32,000 bases of DNA from Opitutia bacterium KCR 482. GTDB taxonomy: Bacteria; Verrucomicrobiota; Verrucomicrobiia; Opitutales; Intestinicryptomonadaceae. How positions within the stretch are numbered: position 1 is the stretch's first letter; the number at the start of each line of letters is the position of its first letter. The position numbers and the translations under genes are program-made. The notes beneath the pieces were generated by a model. The model did no database searches and was not told where the DNA came from. It was given only the letters and a program-made list of their open reading frames with translations. The DNA lies in NCBI GenBank assembly GCA_029269845.2, contig CP149973.1, forward strand, positions 480,001 to 512,000, written 5' to 3'. This document shows positions 17,398 to 25,919 of the stretch, piece after piece.

Positions 17398-17424
17398 ATC
17401 TCTATAATTTACTTGTTTCCCCCC

Positions 17425-17453
17425 ATTACATCATTTTCACACAGTATAGTCAA
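17425..17453 (-). promoter_or_regulatory. Candidate sigma70-type promoter of pta
   Basis: Minus strand reads TTGACT (17448-17453), a 17-nt spacer, then TGTAAT (17425-17430). The -10 ends 27 nt upstream of the pta ATG. Confidence 0.45.
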
Positions 17454-17454
17454 G

Positions 17455-17568
17455 CCCCAAGCAGGCTGCAGCCTGCACGGCGTCGGAGCTTCGGGCGCAA
17501 GGTGCGCCTCCCTGCGGAGCTTCGCTCCTTTCTGTTATTATGCGCGGCAAGTTACTTGCCGCTTTTCT
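17455..17568 (+). ncRNA. Candidate small structured RNA (unknown family) ending in an intrinsic terminator
   Basis: There are successive hairpins on the + strand: a 16-nt perfect palindrome gcaggctgcagcctgc (17461-17476), ggcgca-agg-tgcgcc (17494-17508) and ggagc-ttc-gctcc (17516-17528). These are followed by gcggcaag-tta-cttgccgc-ttttct (17544-17568). The word ggagcttcg occurs twice. No promoter was identified, so the 5' end is a guess. Confidence 0.25.
17544..17568 (+). terminator. Plus-strand intrinsic terminator in the pta-helicase intergenic region
   Basis: 8-bp stem gcggcaag/cttgccgc, loop tta, then ttttct. The T-run exists only on the + strand, yet no + strand CDS precedes it. Confidence 0.55.
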
Positions 17569-17640
17569 CGGTTAGCCCGTATTGGCTTCGCCAATTACTG
17601 GCGTTGGGATATGCGATTATTTTTTAAGAAACTAATTTAA

Positions 17641-17736
17641 ATAGACGCGCTTTGCGCGGATAAAAAAAGTAAAAGCGAAAATCCGCAAACGCAGATTCTC
17701 CGCCTACCGACCCACCCCGCTTTTATCCCAAAACAA
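17641..17736. repeat. Structured intergenic repeat, partial/degenerate unit A0
   Basis: Hairpin ctttgcgcggat...atccgcaaac has an A-rich apical region. The tail cgcctaccgacccaccccgcttttatccca matches the tails of the other units (gaaacgccctacccaacttttatccca). Confidence 0.55.
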
Positions 17737-17894
17737 CCTAAAAATCTTTGTGCGTTAGCACTGTAATTTTAGGGGCGTTAGAGTGCCGTTCAGGCGGTGG
17801 CTTTCCCGCGATTGCGGGGTGCGTGGCGTACGCGGCTATCCGCAAACATTAGTCGGCTCGCTAAACGCCCTACCCAACTTTTATCCCAAAGCCC
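17737..17894. repeat. Structured intergenic repeat, unit A1 (subtype of B3, 3' half degenerate)
   Basis: The leader cctaaaaatctttgtgcgttagcactgtaattttaggggcgttagagtgccgttcaggcggtggctttcccgcgattgcggggtgcgtggcgtac aligns with 26655-26741. The apical loop is collapsed (gcgtacgc). The tail is ctaaacgccctacccaacttttatccc. Confidence 0.8.
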
Positions 17895-18050
17895 CCTAAA
17901 AACTTCGTGCGTTAGCACTCTAATTTTAGGGGCGTCAAAATGCCCCTATAAGAGTGGCTTTGCGAGTGGCTCAGGGTGCGTGGCGTACTGACGTACGCGA
18001 GCAGTCTGAGACACTCGTGAAACGCTCTTAGAGGGGTATTTTCACGCCCC
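17895..18050. repeat. Structured intergenic repeat, unit A2 (near-identical to B4); overlaps the helicase stop codon
   Basis: 17921-18050 matches 26808-26939 with only a handful of differences. The long hairpin spans 17943-18036 (cccctataagag ... ctcttagagggg), with an apex gcgtac-tgac-gtacgc. Confidence 0.9.
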
Positions 18051-20138
18051 GTACAGTTCGTAGGTTGAGGGGTCTATGCTTTCCAAGAAGCGGCTTGCCT
18101 GTCGCATTTCGAAATTGCCTCCCACCGCGCTTACCCTCGGGTACGAAATTATCAGCAAATCCATCGCCCGCGTCGATGCCACATAAAACAGCCTGCGCTC
18201 CTCCTCGACGTCGCCGTCGTCTATGCTGCGCTGGGTCGGGAAAAGCCCCTCCGCCGCGCCGATTACGAACACCACCGGAAACTCCAAGCCCTTTGCCTGA
18301 TGGACTGTCATCAGCCTTACGCGCCCGCCGACTTCGGACTCGCGCCCCTCGGCGTCGCTGATTTCGAGAGCCACGCTTGCGAGAAAATCGTCGAAGTCGT
18401 CGAATTTCGAGGCGTACTCGAAGAGCGCGTCGAAGTCCGCCGCGCGTTCCTCCCAGTCTTCGTAAAGGGTCTTCATGGCGTCGCGATACCAGCCGCCGCA
18501 CGCGCATTTGATGATTGCCTTGGGCGAAAAATCCGCCTCCGTCGTATTTTCGGCGGCTGGGTCGGCGGGGGCTCCGCGTTCGGACGCGTGCGCCATGTCG
18601 GCGAAAAAGTCGGTCTGGACTGGGATTTTTTCCGCGGAGTCCGCCTCGGCGTGTTTTTCGGAACGCTTTGCGAGTTCCACAAGCCCGCCGAGTTTTTCGA
18701 TGTCGGCGGCGGCGGCTTCGAACATCTGCTTTGCCGCGGCGGGGACTTTTGCGAGCACCTTTTTGTCGGAGAGAACGCGCCACTCCGGAAGCGATTTCGA
18801 CGCGGCGACTTCGCGGATTTTTTCGAAAATCTTGAACGCGGTTTTGTCGCCGATTTTCGGCATGAAGCGGCAGAAGCGCAGGAACGAAACGTTGTCCTTG
18901 GGGTTTGCGACGAATTTTATCTGCGAAACGATGTCCTTGACGTGCGCCTGTTCGAAAAATTTTACGCCGCTTGTCATCACGAACGGAATTTTTGCGTATT
19001 GGAGCTGCAACTGCAAGTCCATCGCCTGAAAGTGCGAGCGGTAGAGAACGGCGATGTCGTCGTACCCGTAGCGTCCGCCCGACTCTATCTCGGCGATTGC
19101 CCGCGCCACGTTCCGCCCCTGCGACGCGCCGTCCATTGCGGGCATTACGCGCGGCTTGAAGTTGCCGTCGCGGGCGGGAACGAGCGTTTTTTTGAACTCC
19201 TCGTCGTCAAGCTCCATGCCGTCGAGTATTTTGTTTGCAAAGTTCAGAATCTGCGGCGAGCTGCGGTAGTTGCGCTCTATCTTGTAGATGTAGGCGGCGG
19301 GATAGCGTTCGCGGAAGCGGAGAATGTTGTCGATTTCCGCGCCGCGCCAAGAGTAGATGCACTGGGCGTCGTCGCCGACCGCGCTTATGTTCCCGCGAGA
19401 GGCAAGCAGGTCGAGAATGTCGGACTGCAACTTGTTCGTATCCTGAAATTCATCGACGAGAATGTTCCCGAACCTGTCGGAATATTTTTTCAGAATGTCG
19501 GGGTTTTCGGAAAGCAGTTTGAGCCAGAGTTCGAGAAGGTCGTCGAAGTCGCAGTTGTTTGCGGCGCGTTTTTCCGCCTCGTAGGCGCGGGCTATTTCGG
19601 CGATTTGCGACGCCGGCGTTTCAATCCAGTCGAACCTGTACGCCATGGCGGTCTGGATTGTGGAGCGCGTGTTTCGCGCGTAGCTTATGATTTCGCGCAA
19701 AAGTTTTGAGCGCGGGTTGTCCTTGTTCGAAAAGAAATGCGGGTACGACTCCTCTACCGCCTTTTTTATCACTTTGTCCGAATCCTCGGTGTCCAAAATC
19801 CCGAAGTTGGGTTCAAGCCCGAGAGCGCCGCCTTCGATGCGCAAAAACCTGTTGCCTATCGAGTGGAACGTGCCGCCCCAGAACGAACGCGCGGGATAGC
19901 CCGCCAGCGACTCTATCCGCGCGAGCATTTGGTTTGCCGCCTTGTTCGTGAACGTGAGCAGAAGAATGTCGCGCGGGCGGAATCCGCATTCGGAAATTAG
20001 CCACGCCACGCGGTATGTTAGCGTGCGCGTCTTCCCCGACCCCGCCCCCGCGAGCACGAGCGCGGGACGGTCGGGCGGCGAAGTCACGGCGGCGTACTGG
20101 TCGGAATTGAGTTCGGCGTTGAAGTCGATTTTTTCCAC
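18042..20138 (-). CDS. UvrD/PcrA/Rep-family ATP-dependent DNA helicase (SF1)
   Basis: 698 aa with a GTG start at 20138 (gtggaaaaaatcgac...). Motifs are LNSDQYAAV, Walker A AGAGSGKTRT, DEFQDTN, VGDDAQCIYSWRGA, YRS and TVHQAKGLEF. The stop TGA (18042-18044) lies inside repeat unit A2. Confidence 0.93.
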   Translation of the reverse strand: MEKIDFNAELNSDQYAAVTSPPDRPALVLAGAGSGKTRTLTYRVAWLISECGFRPRDILLLTFTNKAANQMLARIESLAGYPARSFWGGTFHSIGNRFLRIEGGALGLEPNFGILDTEDSDKVIKKAVEESYPHFFSNKDNPRSKLLREIISYARNTRSTIQTAMAYRFDWIETPASQIAEIARAYEAEKRAANNCDFDDLLELWLKLLSENPDILKKYSDRFGNILVDEFQDTNKLQSDILDLLASRGNISAVGDDAQCIYSWRGAEIDNILRFRERYPAAYIYKIERNYRSSPQILNFANKILDGMELDDEEFKKTLVPARDGNFKPRVMPAMDGASQGRNVARAIAEIESGGRYGYDDIAVLYRSHFQAMDLQLQLQYAKIPFVMTSGVKFFEQAHVKDIVSQIKFVANPKDNVSFLRFCRFMPKIGDKTAFKIFEKIREVAASKSLPEWRVLSDKKVLAKVPAAAKQMFEAAAADIEKLGGLVELAKRSEKHAEADSAEKIPVQTDFFADMAHASERGAPADPAAENTTEADFSPKAIIKCACGGWYRDAMKTLYEDWEERAADFDALFEYASKFDDFDDFLASVALEISDAEGRESEVGGRVRLMTVHQAKGLEFPVVFVIGAAEGLFPTQRSIDDGDVEEERRLFYVASTRAMDLLIISYPRVSAVGGNFEMRQASRFLESIDPSTYELYGA

Positions 20139-20217
20139 GTTTGTTTTCCGAAAAAAAATTTCGCGCCGAGCGCAAAACCTGCGGCGGCGCGGTCGAAGAT
20201 TCGTAGCTTCCCGAAGT

Positions 20218-20649
20218 TTAAAGTTTCGCCAAATAGCGGAGCGCGGCGAAGTAGCCCTCGCGCCCCAAGCCGCAAATTTGGGCTTCGCAGACGGGCGCGG
20301 TCAGCGATGTGTGCCTGAACTCCTCGCGCTTGTGGACGTTCGAAATGTGCACCTCGACAAACTTCATGCCCGACCCCGCCATGCTGTCGCGAAGCGCGAC
20401 GCTCGTATGCGTAAACGCCGCGGGATTGATGATTGCAAGCTTTACGCCGGCGTCGGCAAGCTCCGCGATTTTGTCGATAATCGCGCCCTCGTGGTTCGAC
20501 TGGAACGGGATTATTTCCACGCCGAGCTTTTCGGCTTCGGCCGCGAGCGATTCCGTCAGGTCCGCCAAAGTTTCGCTGCCGTAGATTTGCGGCTCGCGCC
20601 TGCCGAGCCTGTCCAAGTTTGCGCCGTTGATTACCGCTATTTTTTTCAT
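20218..20649 (-). CDS. aroQ: 3-dehydroquinate dehydratase, type II
   Basis: 143 aa. INGANLDRLGRREPQIYG, FQSNHEGAIID, IINPAAFTHTSVALRD and EVHISNVHKREEFRH are canonical AroQ motifs. Confidence 0.95.
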   Translation of the reverse strand: MKKIAVINGANLDRLGRREPQIYGSETLADLTESLAAEAEKLGVEIIPFQSNHEGAIIDKIAELADAGVKLAIINPAAFTHTSVALRDSMAGSGMKFVEVHISNVHKREEFRHTSLTAPVCEAQICGLGREGYFAALRYLAKL

Positions 20650-20692
20650 GCCCGCATTTTGACGGTTTCGCGTCCGAAAAACAAGGTGAAAA

Positions 20693-21460
20693 TTACAGCG
20701 GGTTCTGCATTTCGATAAAACTGCATTTCAGCCCGAACTTTTCCGCCACAAGCTCGCCGAGAGCCGCCGCGCCGAAACGCTCGGTTGCATAGTGCCCGCA
20801 GGGGTAGAGGTTGAGGCGCATTTCCTGAGCCATTGTAAAATGCCGCTGGCGAAGCTCTCCGCAAACGAGGGTGTCGATTCCGATTTCGCGCAGATGCGGA
20901 ACGGCGTCGCCGCAACTGCCCGAACAAATCGCGATTCTTTCGGGGTTCGCCGAGCCGAACGCGATTTCCTTGTAGGTGTTCGGAAAAAGCCCAGCAAGCT
21001 TCGAAGCAAGCTCGGCGCGTCCGCCCTTCGGGGCTTCCGCAACCACGCCGATTTTCGCGCCCTCGCATTCGAAGCACCTGTCAACAATCTTCAAGCCCAG
21101 AGCGCGGGCAATCAGCACGTTGTTGCCTACGGTGTCGTGCGCGTCGAGCGGCAGGTGGACCGAGTATACAGCGATGTCGCCGTCGATAAGCGTTTTGACT
21201 TTCTCGTAGACGCCGCCCACGACGGGTTCGGGCGGATTCCAGAACAGCCCGTGGTGGACAATAAGCAGGTTCGCGCCGAGGTGCGCGGCTATGCCGATTT
21301 CCGCGCCGCCCGCGTCGACGGCGGCGGCGATGCGCGTTATGTTGCCGCTGTTTTCGAATTGAAGCCCGTTGTGCGCGGGGGGAAAATCGCGCATTTTTGA
21401 GACGCCGCAGAATTCGTCGAGAAATTCCACGACTTCCGAAAGTTTTACATTTTTAACCAT
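20693..21460 (-). CDS. Nif3-like dinuclear metal centre protein (GTP cyclohydrolase 1 type 2 homologue family)
   Basis: Start taken at ATG 21460 (MVKNVKLSEVVEFLDEF..., residue 21 of track ORF 20693..21520), preceded by AAGGGA. It shows NGLQFEN, LLIVHHGLFW, VYSVHLPLDAH and GHYATERF. Confidence 0.88.
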   Translation of the reverse strand: MVKNVKLSEVVEFLDEFCGVSKMRDFPPAHNGLQFENSGNITRIAAAVDAGGAEIGIAAHLGANLLIVHHGLFWNPPEPVVGGVYEKVKTLIDGDIAVYSVHLPLDAHDTVGNNVLIARALGLKIVDRCFECEGAKIGVVAEAPKGGRAELASKLAGLFPNTYKEIAFGSANPERIAICSGSCGDAVPHLREIGIDTLVCGELRQRHFTMAQEMRLNLYPCGHYATERFGAAALGELVAEKFGLKCSFIEMQNPL

Positions 21461-21656
21461 TGCATTCCCTTTCTTTTTGCGCAAATCCGCGCCCGTAATT
21501 GTTGAAAACCGTTGCGGCAAAACTCCGCGGAAAATCCGCCCAGACGTCCGCCGGCAATCTCACCCGACACTACGGCGCGCGCCCCGAAACGGCTCGGAAG
21601 TTTTTACGACACCCGCGCGGGCTTGCGCAAGAAAAATATTAAAACGGGTGTCCGCG

Positions 21657-22901
21657 CTATCCGATTTTATCCAGAGCGGATTCGCGCTCGAAGAGCGTCG
21701 GGTGCGAGTAGTAGAACGCGCTGTACGCGGGGTGCGGGGTAAGGTTGCCGAGATTCTTTTTGTGGAGTTTGCGCAGCGCCGACTTCAAATTCTCCGCGCC
21801 GCAAAGCTTTGCCGAAAACGCGTCGGCCTCGTACTCGTTCGCGCGCGAAAACGCGTTCAGCAGCGGCGTGAGCCAGAACGTGAACAGCCCCGCGAACATC
21901 GAAAACATCAGCAGCACCGGCCCGAAGCCCGTCGCCTCGCAGAATCCGAAGCCGAGGTAGAACCACTCGCTTTCCGAAAGCCAGCCCATGACAAAAAACG
22001 TCGCAAACGTCATCGCAAAATTCATCGCCATCATTTTCAGAATGTGCCCGCGCTTGTAGTGCCCTATTTCGTGCGCCAAGACCGCCTCGATTTCGGGAAC
22101 GGTGAGCTGCTCCACGAGCGTGTCGAAAAGCACTATTCTGCGGAAGCGTCCGAAGCCCGTGAAAAACGCGTTCGAATGCGAGCTGCGCTTGCTGCCGTCC
22201 ATGACCTGAATCGCGCTCGTGTGGAAGCCGCCGCGGTCGGCAACGCCGAGCAGCGCGGTTTTCAGTTCGCCGTCGGGCAGGTCTTCGAGCTTGTTGAAAA
22301 GCGGCATCACGAAGCGCGGGTAGACCACAATCATCACAACCTGAAACGCCGCAACCGCGAAGAAGCCCCAGAGCCACCATGTGCTTTTGAATGCCTCGGA
22401 AAACCACAGAATCAGCGTAAGAATCGGCGCGCCGAGGACAAGCCCCACGAGCAGGCTTTTGATTTTGTCGGCAATCCAAAGCCGCAGCGTGCTTTTGTTG
22501 AAACCGTATTCCTGCTCTATGACAAACTGGGAGTACAGCTCGAACGGAATGTCGGGAATCGACAGCACGACCGACATCAGAATCAGCGTGATTGCCTGCC
22601 CCCAGACGCTCGCGCCGAACGCGTCTATGCCGATGTCGAAGAGCGTCGGGATAATCCACAGCGAAAGCAGCAGGGCGAGGAAAATCGAGTTGCAGGTGTT
22701 TTCGAAAATTCCGAAGCGCGTTTTGTCTATCGTGTACGCCGCCGCCTTTTTGTAGGTGTCGGAGTCCATGAACGACGCGAACGCCTGCGGCACCGCACCC
22801 GCGTGTTCGCGGACGCTGCGCATGTTCAGAATGTCGAGCCGCACCACCGCGGCGTATTTCACCGCGAGCAGCGCAAGCAGCACGATTACGGGAATTGTCA
22901 T
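21657..22901 (-). CDS. M48 family zinc metallopeptidase (Ste24/CAAX-protease-like, polytopic membrane protein)
   Basis: 414 aa with multiple hydrophobic helices, the HEIGHYKRGH zinc motif and a downstream NEYEAD glutamate. The start is 3 nt after the gatB stop. Confidence 0.9.
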   Translation of the reverse strand: MTIPVIVLLALLAVKYAAVVRLDILNMRSVREHAGAVPQAFASFMDSDTYKKAAAYTIDKTRFGIFENTCNSIFLALLLSLWIIPTLFDIGIDAFGASVWGQAITLILMSVVLSIPDIPFELYSQFVIEQEYGFNKSTLRLWIADKIKSLLVGLVLGAPILTLILWFSEAFKSTWWLWGFFAVAAFQVVMIVVYPRFVMPLFNKLEDLPDGELKTALLGVADRGGFHTSAIQVMDGSKRSSHSNAFFTGFGRFRRIVLFDTLVEQLTVPEIEAVLAHEIGHYKRGHILKMMAMNFAMTFATFFVMGWLSESEWFYLGFGFCEATGFGPVLLMFSMFAGLFTFWLTPLLNAFSRANEYEADAFSAKLCGAENLKSALRKLHKKNLGNLTPHPAYSAFYYSHPTLFERESALDKIG

Positions 22902-22904
22902 GCC

Positions 22905-24425
22905 CTACTTTATCAGTTTTTTGAGGATTTCCAAAACCATCGCGGGGTTCGCCTTGCCCTTCGACGCCTTCATGACTGGCCCGACAAGCGCGTTTATCGC
23001 CTTTTCGTTGCCCGCCTTGAACTGGTCGATTGCCTTTTGGTTGCCCGCCATGGCGTCGAGGCAGAATTTTTCAAGCTCGTCGGAATTGCTGTTTTGTTTG
23101 AGTCCGCACTTTTCGACGATTGCGTCGGCGGATTCGCCCGAAGCGCACATTTCCACGAACACTTCCTTCGCCATCTGCTTCGAGATTACGCCGCTGTCCA
23201 CAATCTTGACAAGCGACGCCAAATTTTCGGGCGAAAGCTTGCATTTCGCCAGTTTCTCTGCGGTCGAGACGTGGACTGCCGCGGCTTCGGGTTCTCCGAA
23301 TTCGTCGGACTGTTTTGCCGATTCCTCGCTTGCGGAAAGCTCGCGGAGAAGGTCGTTGACGAGCATGTTGGCGATTGCCTTCGGATTTTTCGGGTAGGCG
23401 GCGACCGCCTTTTCGAAATAGCCGCAGAGCGCGGGGTCGGGACACATGACGGAGGTCGCCGAGTACGGGAGGGCGAAGTCTTTCATATACCTGCGCTGGC
23501 GGTCGAAGGGACGTTCGGGCAGTTTTGCGCGGATTGAGTCGAGCAGTTCCGCCGAAATTTTGCACGGCATAAGGTCGGGATCGGGGAAGTAGCGGTAGTC
23601 GTGCGCGTCCTCCTTCGAGCGCATCGACTGCGTGATTCCGAGCTGCGCGTCGTAGCGGCGCGTTTCCTGCACAATCGGAATGCCCTTTGTTATGCAGTCT
23701 ATCTGGCGGCGGATTTCGTAGTCTATGCAGTTGCGGACGTGCGAGGTCGAGTTGATGTTTTTCATCTCGACTTTCACCCCGAATTTTTCGCTTCCGACGG
23801 GGCGAATCGACACGTTGACGTCGCAGCGCATCTGCCCCTTTTCCATGTCGCAGTCGGAAATACCCGCGGCGGAAATCGTGTTGCGCAGCGACGTGAGGTA
23901 CGCGAAAACTTCGTCCGACGAGTGCATGTCGGGCTCGGAAACGATTTCCATGAGCGGCGTGCCCGCGCGGTTGTAGTCTACAAGCGAGTCGTGCGCGAAG
24001 TGCGTAAGTTTGCCGACGTCCTCCTCCAAGTGGATTCGCGTAAGCTTCACGAGCCTGTGCTCGCCCATTTCGGCGCGGTTCGCCGCGGGAAGCTCTATCT
24101 CGACATTGCCGCCGAGGCAGAGGGGCTGGTCGTACTGCGAGAGCTGGTAGTTCTTGGGGCTGTCCGGGTAGAAATAATTTTTTCTATCCCATTTTGTGAT
24201 TTCGGGAATTTCGCAGCCGAGCATAAGCCCAAGCTCTATCGTCTTGCGGATAGCCTCGAAATTGAGCACGGGGAGCACCCCCGGTAGCGCCCACACGACC
24301 GCGTCGGTAAGCGTGTTCGGCGGCTCGGCGAACCTGTGCGCCACCGACGTGAACATCTTGCTGCGCGTCTTGATTTGGACGTGCGTTTCCAGACCGATTA
24401 CTGCTTCGTATTGAACTTCGGACAT
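22905..24425 (-). CDS. gatB: Asp-tRNA(Asn)/Glu-tRNA(Gln) amidotransferase subunit B
   Basis: 506 aa. YEAVIGLETHVQIKT, RIHLEEDVGK, NRAGTPLMEIVSEPD and CDVNVSIRP are present, with a C-terminal YqeY-like tail. Confidence 0.95.
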   Translation of the reverse strand: MSEVQYEAVIGLETHVQIKTRSKMFTSVAHRFAEPPNTLTDAVVWALPGVLPVLNFEAIRKTIELGLMLGCEIPEITKWDRKNYFYPDSPKNYQLSQYDQPLCLGGNVEIELPAANRAEMGEHRLVKLTRIHLEEDVGKLTHFAHDSLVDYNRAGTPLMEIVSEPDMHSSDEVFAYLTSLRNTISAAGISDCDMEKGQMRCDVNVSIRPVGSEKFGVKVEMKNINSTSHVRNCIDYEIRRQIDCITKGIPIVQETRRYDAQLGITQSMRSKEDAHDYRYFPDPDLMPCKISAELLDSIRAKLPERPFDRQRRYMKDFALPYSATSVMCPDPALCGYFEKAVAAYPKNPKAIANMLVNDLLRELSASEESAKQSDEFGEPEAAAVHVSTAEKLAKCKLSPENLASLVKIVDSGVISKQMAKEVFVEMCASGESADAIVEKCGLKQNSNSDELEKFCLDAMAGNQKAIDQFKAGNEKAINALVGPVMKASKGKANPAMVLEILKKLIK

Positions 24426-24431
24426 TGTCTT

Positions 24432-25901
24432 TTAAAGTTGCGGATTGCGTTTGTTCCAGTCGCACGCCGACTCGTATGCGTAGGCGTAGGAGAGGAGGTT
24501 CGATTCGTCGAATGCCCTGCCTATCATTTGCAGCCCCACGGGCATGCCGTCCGACGCGAAGCCGCACGGCACCGAAATCCCGGGGAGGCCGGCAAGATTG
24601 ACGTTGATTGTAAAAATGTCGCTCAGGTACATCGAGAGCGGGTCGGACGCCTTTTCGCCTACCTTGAACGCGGTGGTCGGCGACGTCGGCGCGAGTATTG
24701 CGTCGACGCTCTCGAACGCATGCTCGAAGTCGTTTCTGATGAGCGTGCGGACTTTCTGCGCGCGCAGGTAGTAGGCGTCGTAGTAGCCCGAACTGAGAAC
24801 GTAGCTGCCCAGAATGATTCTGCGTTTGACCTCCTCGCCGAAGCCCTCCGCGCGGCTCTTGAAGTAGACGTCAACGACGTCCTTTGCCTTGTCGCTCCTG
24901 TGGGTGTAGCGTATGCCGTCGTAGCGGGCGAGGTTCGACGACGCCTCGGCGGTCGCTATTATATAATAGACGGGGATTGCCAAGTCGGTATGCGGAAGCG
25001 ATACTTCCACGATTTCCGCGCCGAGTTCGCCGCACTTTTTAACCGCGGCCTCCACTATCGAGCGCACCTCCGGGTCGATACCCTCCGCCGAAAAATACTC
25101 TTTCGGAACGCCGAGCTTTTTGCCTTTCAGAGACTCCGCCGAAAGGATTGCGGGGTAGTTTTCGACATCGACTTTCACGCTCGTGGAGTCGAGCCTGTCG
25201 TAGCCAGCGATGTATTTGAGCACCGTCGCCGCGTCTTTCACCGACCGAGCGAACGGACCAATCTGGTCGAGCGACGACGCGAACGCAGCAAGCCCGAACC
25301 TGCTCACAAGCCCGTAGGTGGGCTTCATTCCGACGACGCCGCAGAGCGACGCGGGCTGGCGTATCGAACCGCCCGTGTCTGAGCCAAGCGAAACCGCGCA
25401 CTCGCCCGCCGACACCGCCGCCGCCGAGCCGCCGCTACTTCCGCCGGGAATTCTCGTCAAATCCCACGGGTTGCGCGTCTTTTGCAGCGCGCTGTTTTCG
25501 CACGACGAACCCATCGCGAATTCGTCCATGTTCAGGCGTCCCCAGAAAAGCGCGCCCGCGTCTTCGAGCTTTTTCATCGCCGTGCCCGTGTAGGGGCTGA
25601 CGTAGTTTTCGAGCATTTTGCTCGCGCAGGTGAGCTTCTGCCCGCGCACCGCAAGCAGGTCTTTAAGTCCTACGGGTATGCCGTCAAGCTCCGAAAGCTT
25701 TGCGCCCTTTGCGCGGCGTTCGTCCGCCTTCGCCGCGTTCGCCAAAAGTACGTCCTCGTTCGACGAAATAAACGCCCCGACCTTCCCGTCTACCGCGTTC
25801 TTTCTGTCGATAAACGCCTGCGCAAGCTCCACCGCCGAGATTTCGCGGCTGTCGAGCATTGCGTCAAGCTCTCCGATGTTTTTATAGAAAATTTCGCCCA
25901 T
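24432..25901 (-). CDS. gatA: Asp-tRNA(Asn)/Glu-tRNA(Gln) amidotransferase subunit A (amidase signature enzyme)
   Basis: 489 aa. The amidase signature GGSSGGSAAAVSAGE...GSDTGGSIRQPA is present. It lies 6 nt upstream of gatB. Confidence 0.95.
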   Translation of the reverse strand: MGEIFYKNIGELDAMLDSREISAVELAQAFIDRKNAVDGKVGAFISSNEDVLLANAAKADERRAKGAKLSELDGIPVGLKDLLAVRGQKLTCASKMLENYVSPYTGTAMKKLEDAGALFWGRLNMDEFAMGSSCENSALQKTRNPWDLTRIPGGSSGGSAAAVSAGECAVSLGSDTGGSIRQPASLCGVVGMKPTYGLVSRFGLAAFASSLDQIGPFARSVKDAATVLKYIAGYDRLDSTSVKVDVENYPAILSAESLKGKKLGVPKEYFSAEGIDPEVRSIVEAAVKKCGELGAEIVEVSLPHTDLAIPVYYIIATAEASSNLARYDGIRYTHRSDKAKDVVDVYFKSRAEGFGEEVKRRIILGSYVLSSGYYDAYYLRAQKVRTLIRNDFEHAFESVDAILAPTSPTTAFKVGEKASDPLSMYLSDIFTINVNLAGLPGISVPCGFASDGMPVGLQMIGRAFDESNLLSYAYAYESACDWNKRNPQL

Positions 25902-25919
25902 GCTAAATGCCTCCCGATT

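Noticed and set aside
17454-17504. A 16-codon minus-strand mini-ORF (TTG CGC CCG AAG CTC CGA CGC CGT GCA GGC TGC AGC CTG CTT GGG GCT TGA) behind GGGAGG, considered as a possible leader peptide upstream of pta.
   Set aside because: It lies upstream of, and overlaps, the best pta promoter candidate rather than sitting in its leader. It uses a TTG start and coincides with the palindromes of the candidate + strand RNA, so chance is the simpler explanation.
17924-17953. A sigma70-like promoter inside each repeat unit on the + strand (TTTAGG, 16-nt spacer, TATAAG), suggesting each unit is its own sRNA gene.
   Set aside because: The TATAAG word is part of the basal stem of the long hairpin. In the B3/A1 subtype it is replaced by cgttcaggcgg with a compensating partner, so it behaves as structure and not as a conserved -10. 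The minus strand has a better conserved TAAAAT but no usable -35. Transcription of the units therefore remains unresolved.
17797-17991. ORFs inside the repeat arrays: 17797..17991(+) of 64 aa and 26362..26631(-) of 89 aa. Also 18028..18783(-), whose C-terminus RGVKIPL resembles the GNAT C-terminus.
   Set aside because: They start at GTG or TTG, have no ribosome-binding site, and run straight through hairpin arms of the repeat units, so they exist only because of the repeat sequence. The RGVK(I/T)PL similarity is explained by the shared repeat DNA, not by protein homology.
17737-18050. Integron attC / gene-cassette array interpretation (imperfect palindromes, occasional GTTAG words).
   Set aside because: There are no cassettes (ORFs) between the units and no intI integrase or attI in the window. 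The conserved ends do not match the RYYYAAC...GTTRRRY core sites convincingly.
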